The position numbers and the translations under genes are program-made. From assembly GCA_012839925.1 (NCBI GenBank), contig DUMJ01000025.1:8797-72796 (forward strand): a stretch of 64,000 nt of DNA, written 5' to 3'. Shown here one piece after another: positions 31,471-41,046 of the stretch. How positions within the stretch are numbered: position 1 is the stretch's first letter; every line of letters starts with the position of its first letter. Origin of the DNA: a bacterium. GTDB taxonomy: Bacteria; DUMJ01. The notes under the pieces were generated by a model. It saw nothing but the letters and a program-made list of their open reading frames with translations, was not told where the DNA came from and did not search any database.

Positions 31471-31895
31471 GAAGAAAATAATATCATTATCATACCTATA
31501 ATTATAGCAATATCAGAGAGATTAAATATCGGAGAATTCAGTATTTGTATGTAATCTATAACATGCCCTAGAAATACCCTATCATACAGGTTACCCAAGA
31601 TACCAAAGACAAGACTCCACAAACCATAGATAAAATAAGAGTTATTATACCCAACTCTTCTAAAGAGTCTCAGAATAAAAATAAGAGCCAGAAGAGAAAC
31701 AAAGATTATAAGTCCTCTCTGAGAAGGGAAAAGACCAAAGGCTGCCCCTGGATTTTTAACATGTGTCAGCCTCAATAGCCCATTCCCAAACTCTATATCT
31801 ACCGAAGAGAGATAGATGGTAGAAAGTCTTTTAAAGATTCTATCGGATAAGAATATGATAATTCCTATGACTATGGGGAATCTATTTCCTGGCAC
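31467..31895 (-). CDS. lspA: lipoprotein signal peptidase (signal peptidase II)
   Basis: NPGAAFG and FNLSDIAI motifs with 4 TM helices. Confidence 0.85.
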   Translation of the reverse strand: MPGNRFPIVIGIIIFLSDRIFKRLSTIYLSSVDIEFGNGLLRLTHVKNPGAAFGLFPSQRGLIIFVSLLALIFILRLFRRVGYNNSYFIYGLWSLVFGILGNLYDRVFLGHVIDYIQILNSPIFNLSDIAIIIGMIMILFSS

Positions 31896-32259
31896 TTTTC
31901 TCTTTCAGAGACTTACAGTGAACACACATGGTAGCATAAGGGATGGCTTTTAAACGCTTCTCCCCAATTGGTTTTTTACAGACTTCACATATACCATATG
32001 TACCATCTTCTATTCTTTTCAGTGCAGCATCTATCTGCTTCAGCATATCCTTCAATATCTTTTCTACTGTGAGAGCACTCTCATGCTCATATACTATAGA
32101 TGCATATTCCGCCAGATGATCATCTGAGCTTGAGAGTTCCCCAATTAACCCTAACTCACTATTACTGGAAGATGTCTCCTTGATACTCTTTAAATTATCT
32201 TCTACCTCTCTCTTTTTCTCCAATAGCAGTTCTCTATAATAGGAAAAATCAATACTCAT
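31882..32259 (-). CDS. DksA/TraR-family C4 zinc-finger protein
   Basis: C-terminal CEVCKKPIGEKRL..IPYATMCVHC. Lies in the common ileS-dksA-like-lspA arrangement. Confidence 0.8.
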   Translation of the reverse strand: MSIDFSYYRELLLEKKREVEDNLKSIKETSSSNSELGLIGELSSSDDHLAEYASIVYEHESALTVEKILKDMLKQIDAALKRIEDGTYGICEVCKKPIGEKRLKAIPYATMCVHCKSLKEKSARK

Positions 32260-35033
32260 AGATGTTCTCCCCTATCAATATTCTCCACAACTTCCACACA
32301 TCTCTCACATAGGTCCGGATATTTCTCATTCTTACCCACAGTAGGCGAATACATCCAGCATCGCTGACATTTATTATATTCAAGAGGGGCGATATCCACC
32401 TCTATCGTATCCCTACCATCACTATTAGAGAGAAGTTCTATCTCAGAGACCAGAAGAAATTCCTTTAACTCTCCATTAAACCTGGATAAAAACTGGTAAA
32501 CATCTCCAGGAATAATCAGTCTCAATTTAGCCTCAAGGCTATTACCTATCACTTTATTCTGACGTGACTCATCAAGACGCTTATTAACTTCATCTCTGAT
32601 TTCAAAGAAATACTCCCACATTTTAACCTCTTCATCACTGAGAGTTACAGGAATTTTTGCAGGCCAAGCCTCTAGATGAACGCTGATCTCCTTATCACCT
32701 GGGAGATACTGCCAGGCTTCCTCTGAGGTATGCACCATTATTGGCGCTAAAACTCTCAATATATCCTTTAAAAGGATATAAATGGTTGTTTGGGCAGATC
32801 GTCTCTTGGGCGACGTTGGCAATTCAACATATAATCTATCCTTTATAACATCAAGATAAAACGAACTTAATTGATTTACGCAAAAACCGTGAACACTGTG
32901 GAATATAGTGTGAAACTCATACTCATTATATGCCAGTTTTAATCTATCCAAGAATTTATTCCATTCGTAAAGCACCCATCTATCCAGGAGACCTAAATTG
33001 TCTAACGGCACAGAATCGATACTAGGGTCAAAATCATACAGATTCCCCAGCATAAATCTAACAGTGTTTCTTATCTTTCGATAAGAATCTACTATCTGGT
33101 TTAATATATTCTTTGATACCTTAATATCAGAACGAAAATCGGAGGATGCAACCCAAAGTCTCAAAACATCAGCTCCAAGAGACTCCACTATCTCCTGTGG
33201 ATCTACAACGTTGCCTAAACTCTTAGACATCTTTTTCCCTGACTCATCAACGACAAAGCCATGAGTAAGGACCTTTTTATATGGTGGAATATCTTCCGTA
33301 GCTACGGACAATAGTAGAGATGTCTGAAACCAACCTCTATGCTGGTCGCTTCCCTCCAGATACATATCTGCAGGAAAAGATAATTCTCCAGATCTTCTCT
33401 TAAGAACACCGGCAAAACTGGAACCAGAATCAAACCAGACATCCATTATATCTTTCTCTTTTATAAATTTTTCAGATCCACATTTAGAGCATCTGACTCC
33501 GTCTGGAATCAGTTCTTCTGCAGGATATTTAAACCAAGCATCAGAGCCTTCCTTCTCAAACATCTCTGCTATATGTTCTATCACGTATGTATCCAAAAGT
33601 GGAGTGCCACAATCTTTACAGTAAAATATTGGCAGGGGAACGCCCCATATCCTCTGTCTGGAGATACACCAGTCAGGTCTAACCTCCAGCATCCCGGATA
33701 TCCTGTTTTTGCTCCAGGGCGGTATCCACTCTACCTCATTCAGGCTTTTTAATGCCTTATCTTTAAATCTATTCACATCTATAAACCACTGCTCGGTAGC
33801 CCTAAATATCACAGGTTTTCTACATCTCCAGCAGTGAGGATACTCATGAAGTATTTCTCCAGAGTAGAGCAGTGTCCCATTGTCCTTTAAAGCAGAGATT
33901 ATAACCTCATCTGCTTCCACCACATTCTTACCCTTAAGGTTAAGGGTTTCTGTTGTAAATCTGCCGAACTCATCTACAGGTGAAAGAACGGGGAGATTGT
34001 ATTTAACTCCAACATCATAATCTTCAGGACCATGCCCGGGAGCGGTGTGAACTGAACCAGTCCCCTCCTCAGTAGAAACATGGTCACCAAGTATCAACGG
34101 AACAACTCTGTCCTCAAAGGGATGAATGGCTTTATACCCTTCTAATTCTTTCCCCAAAAACCTGTTAACCTCCACCACTTCTTTCCAACCCAATAAGTCT
34201 TTAATCGCAGAGAGTCTATCCTCCATCACTATGTAATATCTCCCATCTGCTTCTACAAGAAGATAGGTGGCTGATGGATTCAGTGCTATAGCAGCATTAC
34301 CTGGAAGAGTCCATGGAGTGGTGGTCCATATGGGAACATGAATAGGCTGTTTACCTTTTAATATACCATTATCTATTCCATCTAAAAACAGCCTGAAATC
34401 AACTATTATAGATGGGGATGTAATCTCTTTATACTCGATCTCTGCTTCAGCTAGAGATGTCTCACAGTGATAACACCAGTATACTGGCTTTAAAGCCTTA
34501 TATATCAAATTCTTTCTTACCAGCTCTTTAAATACCCTTATCTGGGTAGCTTCGTATTCAGGTGTAAAGGTAATATATGGATTATCCCAATCACCCAGTA
34601 CTCCCAATCTCTTAAATTCTTTCCTTTGTCTATCTATATATTTAACAGCAAAATTTTTGCATTCTCTTCTCCACTCGATAGGATCTATAGTTCTCCTGTC
34701 CCTTTTGGTAGTCTTTGCTACCTGCTGCTCAGTGGGAAGACCATGAGTATCCCATCCAGGCACATAGGGAGTATCTTCTCCAAGCATAGTATGGTATTTC
34801 ATAATTGTGTCTTTTAATATCTTATTTAATGCCTGACCCAGATGGATATCCCCATTTGCATAGGGAGGTCCATCATGAAGAATAAATTTGGGGCTCCCTG
34901 CCCTTTTTTCTCTTATCCTCTTATATAAATCAATGCTATTCCAATATTCCTGAATCTCCCTCTCTTTATCAGGGAGATTAGCTTTCATAGCAAATTTTGT
35001 TTTTGGTAAGTTTAGAGTCTTACTGTAATCCAT
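32256..35033 (-). CDS. ileS: isoleucine--tRNA ligase
   Basis: HIGH-type motif (PYANGDIHLGQ), KMSKS (GKKMSKSLGN), editing domain and C-terminal Zn-binding Cys pairs. Confidence 0.95.
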   Translation of the reverse strand: MDYSKTLNLPKTKFAMKANLPDKEREIQEYWNSIDLYKRIREKRAGSPKFILHDGPPYANGDIHLGQALNKILKDTIMKYHTMLGEDTPYVPGWDTHGLPTEQQVAKTTKRDRRTIDPIEWRRECKNFAVKYIDRQRKEFKRLGVLGDWDNPYITFTPEYEATQIRVFKELVRKNLIYKALKPVYWCYHCETSLAEAEIEYKEITSPSIIVDFRLFLDGIDNGILKGKQPIHVPIWTTTPWTLPGNAAIALNPSATYLLVEADGRYYIVMEDRLSAIKDLLGWKEVVEVNRFLGKELEGYKAIHPFEDRVVPLILGDHVSTEEGTGSVHTAPGHGPEDYDVGVKYNLPVLSPVDEFGRFTTETLNLKGKNVVEADEVIISALKDNGTLLYSGEILHEYPHCWRCRKPVIFRATEQWFIDVNRFKDKALKSLNEVEWIPPWSKNRISGMLEVRPDWCISRQRIWGVPLPIFYCKDCGTPLLDTYVIEHIAEMFEKEGSDAWFKYPAEELIPDGVRCSKCGSEKFIKEKDIMDVWFDSGSSFAGVLKRRSGELSFPADMYLEGSDQHRGWFQTSLLLSVATEDIPPYKKVLTHGFVVDESGKKMSKSLGNVVDPQEIVESLGADVLRLWVASSDFRSDIKVSKNILNQIVDSYRKIRNTVRFMLGNLYDFDPSIDSVPLDNLGLLDRWVLYEWNKFLDRLKLAYNEYEFHTIFHSVHGFCVNQLSSFYLDVIKDRLYVELPTSPKRRSAQTTIYILLKDILRVLAPIMVHTSEEAWQYLPGDKEISVHLEAWPAKIPVTLSDEEVKMWEYFFEIRDEVNKRLDESRQNKVIGNSLEAKLRLIIPGDVYQFLSRFNGELKEFLLVSEIELLSNSDGRDTIEVDIAPLEYNKCQRCWMYSPTVGKNEKYPDLCERCVEVVENIDRGEHL

Positions 35034-35060
35034 CTTCTCCTCCTAAAAATCTTGTCAAAA

Positions 35061-35089
35061 ATTATACCATGAGAGAGTATTTAATACAA
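35061..35089 (-). promoter_or_regulatory. candidate sigma-70 promoter for ileS
   Basis: On the minus strand: TTGTAT, a 17-nt spacer, then TGgTATAAT. This leaves only a leader of about 25 nt, so there is no room for a T-box. Confidence 0.5.
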
Positions 35090-35177
35090 GGGACAGGAAT
35101 CTAACTATTATTGACAATTTTATCAGATAAGATGTTCTCAATTACGCAGGTAAATGACAATAATCTCCAGGAAGCAC

Positions 35178-35206
35178 TTGCATTAGTTTATCTAAAATGT
35201 TATACT
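35178..35206 (+). promoter_or_regulatory. candidate sigma-70 promoter for the peroxiredoxin gene
   Basis: TTGCAT (35178..35183), a 17-nt spacer ending in TGt, then TATACT (35201..35206). Confidence 0.5.
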
Positions 35207-35220
35207 TATTTATAATAAGT
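35204..35220. promoter_or_regulatory. perfect 7-3-7 AT-rich palindrome ACTTATT-TAT-AATAAGT overlapping the -10/TSS (candidate operator)
   Basis: Inverted repeat read directly from the sequence. Confidence 0.35.
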
Positions 35221-35261
35221 ATTATTTAAAAATTTATAAAAACAAAAGGAGGTAATACTTT

Positions 35262-35909
35262 ATGGAAGAGCAAGTTAAGATTGTAAATTTACCCAGGCTA
35301 AATGAGCCTGCCCCTGAATTTGAAGCTGTTACCACTTTCGGAAAGATTAAATTATCTGACTTTAGAGGTAAGTGGATAGTATTATTCTCTCATCCTTCAG
35401 ATTTTACCCCAGTCTGCACTACTGAATTTGTAGCATTCAGCAAAGCAAATGATGAATTTGTAAAGAGAAATGTCCAGCTTATTGGATTAAGTATAGATAG
35501 CATCTTTTCTCATTTAGCATGGGTCAAGAACATCGAGAAGAATTTTGGTATTAAGGTACCATTCCCTATTATTGAAGATATAGATATGAAAGTAGCAACA
35601 CTTTATGGAATGGTTCACCCTAAAGCCAGCAGTACTCAGGCAGTAAGAGCGGTATTTATAATCGATGATAAGGGAATTCTTAGAGCAATGATATATTATC
35701 CGCAAAGCAACGGAAGAAACATTCAGGAAATAATACGACTCGTAGATGCTCTTCAGACTACTGATAAATATGGTGTCTCTACACCAGCTAACTGGACACC
35801 CGGAGAAAAAGTCGTCGTACCACCACCAAAATCCCAAGCCGATATGGAGAAGAGATTAACTGAGGATTATGAATGTGTAGACTGGTATCTCTGTTTCAAA
35901 AAGATATAG
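35262..35909 (+). CDS. peroxiredoxin (Prx6-like/archaeal-type, with C-terminal Cys pair)
   Basis: Peroxidatic Cys motif FTPVCTTE, C-terminal ECVDWYLC and a strong SD (AAGGAGG). Confidence 0.9.
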   Translation: MEEQVKIVNLPRLNEPAPEFEAVTTFGKIKLSDFRGKWIVLFSHPSDFTPVCTTEFVAFSKANDEFVKRNVQLIGLSIDSIFSHLAWVKNIEKNFGIKVPFPIIEDIDMKVATLYGMVHPKASSTQAVRAVFIIDDKGILRAMIYYPQSNGRNIQEIIRLVDALQTTDKYGVSTPANWTPGEKVVVPPPKSQADMEKRLTEDYECVDWYLCFKKI

Positions 35910-35920
35910 ATAAAAGATAT

Positions 35921-35944
35921 AAGAGGGGCTTAGTAGCCCCTCTT
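35921..35944. terminator. bidirectional hairpin terminator between convergent prx and xylB
   Basis: 10-bp stem AAGAGGGGCT/AGCCCCTCTT with loop TAGT, flanked by A/T-rich sequence on both sides. Confidence 0.7.
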
Positions 35945-35945
35945 A

Positions 35946-37451
35946 TCAAGTTTTGAAACGGAAATCCTCTTTTAAATCACTGTAAAGTTTTTTATATAAA
36001 GGATAAAGTTCTCTGTAAGTTTCAACCCAATCTTTTTCTGGTTCTGTTATGCCTGTTACATCCACCATACTTTCAGCTGCTTCTGTTACACTCCTGAAAT
36101 GTCCTGTTCCAACTGCACTTAAGAGGGCAGAACCAAATGCTGCCCCTTCGGTAACATTTATAGTTACCACGGGGAGGTCAAAGATACTGGCTAATATCTT
36201 TCTCCACAACTGACTTCTTGCTCCACCTCCAGAAACCTTAACAGATTCTGGCTTTACACCGAGTTCTCGCAATATATTAAAAGAATCATTCAATCCAAAA
36301 GATATCCCCTCAATAATGGATCTTACAAAATGAGACCTCTTATGGTTCAGACCTATGCCAAAGAATACACCCCTGGCAAATGGGTCTGGATAAGGACACC
36401 TCTCCCCGGTAAGATAGGGAAGAAAGATAAGTCCTTCAGCGCCAGGCTTTATATTTTCTGCCTCCTGGCAGAGGATATCGTAAGGGTCTTCCCCCAGTAA
36501 TCTGGAGATACTGATCTCCATTTCACCGAACGTATCCCTGTACCACCTCAGAGAACCACCAGCTGAGAGCATTACACCCATTATGTGCCACATACCAGGA
36601 ACGGCATGACAGAACGTATGGGTTCTTAACTTAGGGTCCACAAAAACCTTATCAATAGCAGAGAATACTACCCCGGATGTACCAAGAGTTACCGATGTGT
36701 CATAGGGATGGACGATCCCCATACCAACTGCCTGTGCAGCCTGATCTCCTCCTCCACCAACTACAGGGGTTCCCTCTTTAAGACCTGTCTCTTCGGCAGC
36801 TTTTTTATTTACATATCCGGTTATCTCTGGACTTTCATAACATTTCGGGAATAAATCTGGTGAAAGCTCCATTGCCTTTATCATATCGATCGACCAGGCT
36901 CTATTTTTTACATCAAAGAGCGCAGTTCCAGAGGCGTCAGAAACCTCTGTTGCATATTCACCTGTTAATTTAAATCTAATAAAATCTTTGGGCAATAAAA
37001 CCTTCTTCAACCTCTTAAAATTTTCCGGTTCATTATTCTTTAACCAGATAATCTTCGGAAGTGTAAATCCTGTCAGTACTGGATTGGAAATCCACTCCAG
37101 TACTTTATCTCCAAACATCTCCATAATAGATTCAACTTCCCTGTATGTCCGTTGATCATTCCACAGTATACAGGGTCTAATAACATTGCCCGCTTCATCT
37201 AAAAATACAGAACCATGCATCTGTCCTGTAAGTCCTATCCCTTTTATCTCATCCGAATTTACCTGAGCGACAACCTTTTTTATCACATCTCTGGTTGTAG
37301 ACCACCACTCCAGCGGGTCCTGCTCTGTCCATCCAGGATTGGGGGTATACAGGGTGTATTCTCCCTCCCCCTTGGTTATCACATCTCCTCTCTCATCTAT
37401 TAAAAGGACTTTTACTCCGCTGGTTCCAAGATCAATCCCCATAAAATACAT
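35946..37451 (-). CDS. xylB: xylulokinase (FGGY carbohydrate kinase)
   Basis: GIDLGTSGVK N-terminus, GGGDQAAQAVG and FGGY C-terminal domain. Confidence 0.85.
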   Translation of the reverse strand: MYFMGIDLGTSGVKVLLIDERGDVITKGEGEYTLYTPNPGWTEQDPLEWWSTTRDVIKKVVAQVNSDEIKGIGLTGQMHGSVFLDEAGNVIRPCILWNDQRTYREVESIMEMFGDKVLEWISNPVLTGFTLPKIIWLKNNEPENFKRLKKVLLPKDFIRFKLTGEYATEVSDASGTALFDVKNRAWSIDMIKAMELSPDLFPKCYESPEITGYVNKKAAEETGLKEGTPVVGGGGDQAAQAVGMGIVHPYDTSVTLGTSGVVFSAIDKVFVDPKLRTHTFCHAVPGMWHIMGVMLSAGGSLRWYRDTFGEMEISISRLLGEDPYDILCQEAENIKPGAEGLIFLPYLTGERCPYPDPFARGVFFGIGLNHKRSHFVRSIIEGISFGLNDSFNILRELGVKPESVKVSGGGARSQLWRKILASIFDLPVVTINVTEGAAFGSALLSAVGTGHFRSVTEAAESMVDVTGITEPEKDWVETYRELYPLYKKLYSDLKEDFRFKT

Positions 37452-37453
37452 AC

Positions 37454-40123
37454 TTAAAACCCTCCTTCCAGACTAATATATATCCTTGTTGGATAGGTAG
37501 TATCTAACGGTTGAGCCACACCTATCCCTATCTCTAAAGGTAGTATCCCATATCCTAATGAAGCTGAGAGATGAAGCTCTCCTCCAGCGCTCATTTTTAC
37601 AACAGGGCTATAGATGTCATTTCCAGCAAGACCTGCTTCCAGATATATCCTGGCACCTATCTCCTTAAGGAAGACTTCACCTAAATGTAACCCCCTGTAT
37701 GGCTTCAAGATGGTTTTATCCAGCCAGATATTCCCGATAAAGGCGAAAGACCCTTCCTCTATCCCAGTATTATAACCGTGCAGGATGAAATCTCCTGTAT
37801 CTCCTCCTATACTGAAAAGGTCAGGGATATTACTTCCTCCTACTGCAAACTTAGAACCCAGATAAGGCTGGAATTCTCCAGGTTTACCTGTTCTTCTCTC
37901 CCACGTTCCTATGGTAGCCACTGCACTGGTATTTAGGTCAAGACTGAGCTCTGTATAGAGCGAGGCATTTCTCTCAGTTATAAAATTATCATTCCCATCT
38001 ACATCGCTGTATACCCACTGTCCAAAGACAGCATTGTGGGTATTAGTTCCTCCGATTCTGGAAAATCCTACATACAAATCCTCCAGAGAAAAAAGGGAAG
38101 TCTTCAGCGGGAAGTACACATACAGAGTCTCCATATCATTATAACCATCATAATCTATGCTGAGATTCAATGTTAAATATTTGAGTCTCATTGAATAGTA
38201 TGAGGAAAAAACAGGAACATTATTAATCGCATCATAAATAAAACTGACACCATAACTGTTAAATCCAAGATAGTCCTGACCAATGGCAATAAAACCTAAC
38301 GGCAACGGTATCCAGTATTTGGGAAGCATATAATCTATAGATCTATAGTCTTTAACCTGAAAGGCTAAATCTGTCTTTTTATCAGGCTCAGGTATATCCA
38401 CTTTCGTTATCTGAACCTCTTTCCAGTTATCTGGATTATAATCAGTGGAATAAATATCATACCCCTCATAACTGTATCCCAGAAAAAATATCTTATCCTG
38501 AGATAGGGTGGGTTCAAATGCTCCACTTAAGAGATTTGTTATCTGATAAAAAGTTCCATCCTCTATCTTATAAGCATAAAGATTGTATACCCCTGTCCTG
38601 TCGGAAGAGAATATGATAAATCTTCCATCTGGGGAAAATACAGGACCGCTATCTGTTACTCTGTCTGATGTAATCTGAAACAAATTCTTTTTTTCTAAAT
38701 CTATGATATAAATATCCTGATATCCACCTTCTCTCCATATGGAAGCACAGAGGGAGCTCTTGTCTGGAGATATACCTATACTTTTAATCTGCACTTCTCT
38801 GGGAAAGGATAAAAATGTAGAGCAGGACTTTTTATCAAGGTCCATTGTCATTATATCCACAGTACCTGTTCCCCTTTTAAGGAAAAAGATGGAATTCTCT
38901 GAAAGAAATACGGGATTATATGCTCTCAGTTTAGTAGTAAGCCTATTCTCTTTCTTTGAATTGAGGTCCATACTGTAGAGGTCCATATAAAGTCCAGATG
39001 GATCTGTATAGTCAATCCTGGAATAGATTATACTCTTCCTATCAGGAGAAATAGCCGGTCTACCATATACAAATCCTTTAGTCAGAAATATATCTTTCTT
39101 ACTACCAGGGTCTAAAAATCTCAAACCTGGAATATAGTAAGGATTAGAGAAAGAGTATACAATAAACGAATCATCAGAGGAAACTACAGGGCTACCGGTA
39201 TTATATCCCCATCTTGTGAGCCTTTCTACAGGAGTAACACCCGATTTTTCTATCTCATCAATCTGCCTTTTATATCTATCACTTATATAGTCCTTCCACT
39301 CCTTCCATAGAGTCCTGTAGTCTATTCCCAAAACCTTCTTTATAGCTAGATCTGGACTCATAAGATATGGTAGAGAAGAACTGGTAATCTTACTTATCTG
39401 GGCTAACTTCTCTTCACCATACTTCTGAGAGATATACTCAAATATACTTCCACCATAGAGATAGACAGCAGTCCCATCAGGCCAGTCTTCATTTGAGTCA
39501 TAACTGCTTACCTGGTCGGGTTCTAAGAATTTATTGTTTCTATACATCTCTCTTAAATACATATCAAAGAGGGAATCATTCCCTCTACCCCCTGAAGCAT
39601 AATGAGTCTCAGCATATATAGTATAACCCTCTAACATCCAGTATGGGAGGAACTGGTTTGGAATTATTATTCTTCCCAAAAAATCTCTCAAGATCTCTGG
39701 GACACCATTTACCTGGTCTAAGTGGAGTATATGCATATATTCGTGAGTTATTACCAATCTGAGCCAGGATTCAAATTTACTCCCTATCTCTAATTCATTA
39801 GGGTTTGCCAGCCATATTCTTATAGATTTGTCTAAGGGGTTGGTCACCCCATTTGTAAAATCACTATTATCAAGAAGTATGATGGCAGTTTTATCCTTAG
39901 ATGAGGGCTTGATAACCTTAGAAAGGTTACTGTGAACATCCTCTGCTATAACCCCTGCCTCTTTGGCTATATCTATGAATTCATCCGGGAAGATTATCAG
40001 AAAATGCTCCGTCTCAATAACCTTCCATCTAAGAGACTGGTCTATCATCTGAGCTGAAGCAGAGCCGGTAAAGGCTATCGATAATATCAATAGTAAAATA
40101 AAACAAAAAAGACATTTCTTCAC
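37454..40123 (-). CDS. secreted HExxH-domain + TolB-like beta-propeller + C-terminal beta-barrel (Omp85-like) protein
   Basis: Signal peptide ..FTGSASA-Q, HEYMH at 39731..39745, PD40-like repeats (FSPDGRFIIFSSDRTG), and about 300 aa of amphipathic beta-pattern ending in ..ISLEGGF. Confidence 0.6.
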   Translation of the reverse strand: MKKCLFCFILLLILSIAFTGSASAQMIDQSLRWKVIETEHFLIIFPDEFIDIAKEAGVIAEDVHSNLSKVIKPSSKDKTAIILLDNSDFTNGVTNPLDKSIRIWLANPNELEIGSKFESWLRLVITHEYMHILHLDQVNGVPEILRDFLGRIIIPNQFLPYWMLEGYTIYAETHYASGGRGNDSLFDMYLREMYRNNKFLEPDQVSSYDSNEDWPDGTAVYLYGGSIFEYISQKYGEEKLAQISKITSSSLPYLMSPDLAIKKVLGIDYRTLWKEWKDYISDRYKRQIDEIEKSGVTPVERLTRWGYNTGSPVVSSDDSFIVYSFSNPYYIPGLRFLDPGSKKDIFLTKGFVYGRPAISPDRKSIIYSRIDYTDPSGLYMDLYSMDLNSKKENRLTTKLRAYNPVFLSENSIFFLKRGTGTVDIMTMDLDKKSCSTFLSFPREVQIKSIGISPDKSSLCASIWREGGYQDIYIIDLEKKNLFQITSDRVTDSGPVFSPDGRFIIFSSDRTGVYNLYAYKIEDGTFYQITNLLSGAFEPTLSQDKIFFLGYSYEGYDIYSTDYNPDNWKEVQITKVDIPEPDKKTDLAFQVKDYRSIDYMLPKYWIPLPLGFIAIGQDYLGFNSYGVSFIYDAINNVPVFSSYYSMRLKYLTLNLSIDYDGYNDMETLYVYFPLKTSLFSLEDLYVGFSRIGGTNTHNAVFGQWVYSDVDGNDNFITERNASLYTELSLDLNTSAVATIGTWERRTGKPGEFQPYLGSKFAVGGSNIPDLFSIGGDTGDFILHGYNTGIEEGSFAFIGNIWLDKTILKPYRGLHLGEVFLKEIGARIYLEAGLAGNDIYSPVVKMSAGGELHLSASLGYGILPLEIGIGVAQPLDTTYPTRIYISLEGGF

Positions 40124-40124
40124 A

Positions 40125-41018
40125 TCACATCAGCATCCTTTCAATAGAACTTAATGCTCTCAGTCTTATATCCTCTGGGACAACTACCTTATGCTTCTCC
40201 TCTTCTAAAGAGGACAGAACTTTCTCCAGAGTCAGTCTTTTCATATCTGCACAGATAAAATCCTGTCTAACAGGATAAAATTTCTTCCCTGGATTTTCTT
40301 TTTCCATCCTGTATATAATCCCGGTCTCAGTCCCAATAATAAATTCCTCAGCATCTGTCTCCTTCACATATTTTAGCATTCCAGATGTACTTTTCACTGC
40401 ATCTGCCAGGTCTATAACCTCTGGTGGACACTCAGGATGTACCACCACCCTGGCATCTGGATGAAAATTCTTCAGCTTTAAGATGTCTTCCGGTTTTATC
40501 ATCGCATGAACCGGACAATACCCATCCCACAGTATAAGTTTTTTGCCGGTAACTTTGGACACATAACTTCCAAGATATTTATCCGGTACAAAGATAATCT
40601 CTTCTGAATCAAGTCTATTCACTATATCCACTGCATTGGCAGAAGTGCAACATATATCAGACTCTGCCTTAACTTCTGCACTGCTATTCACATAGCAAAC
40701 AACCTTGGCACCTGGATGTTCTTTCTTAAGCTCCCTCAACTGAGCTGCCGATATCATATCTGCCATAGGACATCCAGCGTGGATATCAGGCAGTAAAACC
40801 ATCTTATCAGGGGAGAGTATATAGGCGGTTTCAGCCATAAAATGAACACCACAAAATACAATAATCCTAGAGGAGAGCTTGGATGCAGTTCTGCTTAATT
40901 CTAAAGAGTCTCCAACAAAATCTGCTATATCCTGAATCTCTGGTCTGGTATAGTTATGGGCAAGTATAATTGCATCCTTCTCTTTTGCTAAATTTCTTAT
41001 CTTCTTTACGATATCCAT
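40125..41018 (-). CDS. nadA: quinolinate synthase
   Basis: Three-fold repeat family pattern with VHFMAE, HPECP and the conserved Cys residues. Confidence 0.9.
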   Translation of the reverse strand: MDIVKKIRNLAKEKDAIILAHNYTRPEIQDIADFVGDSLELSRTASKLSSRIIVFCGVHFMAETAYILSPDKMVLLPDIHAGCPMADMISAAQLRELKKEHPGAKVVCYVNSSAEVKAESDICCTSANAVDIVNRLDSEEIIFVPDKYLGSYVSKVTGKKLILWDGYCPVHAMIKPEDILKLKNFHPDARVVVHPECPPEVIDLADAVKSTSGMLKYVKETDAEEFIIGTETGIIYRMEKENPGKKFYPVRQDFICADMKRLTLEKVLSSLEEEKHKVVVPEDIRLRALSSIERMLM

Positions 41019-41046
41019 AAGACCTCCTAAAATTTAAAACTTACCT

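Noticed and set aside
35034-35261. T-box leader upstream of ileS, as expected in many Firmicutes
   Set aside because: The best promoter leaves a leader of only about 25 nt. No specifier or T-box (..GGUGGNACCGCG..) sequence is present on the minus strand.
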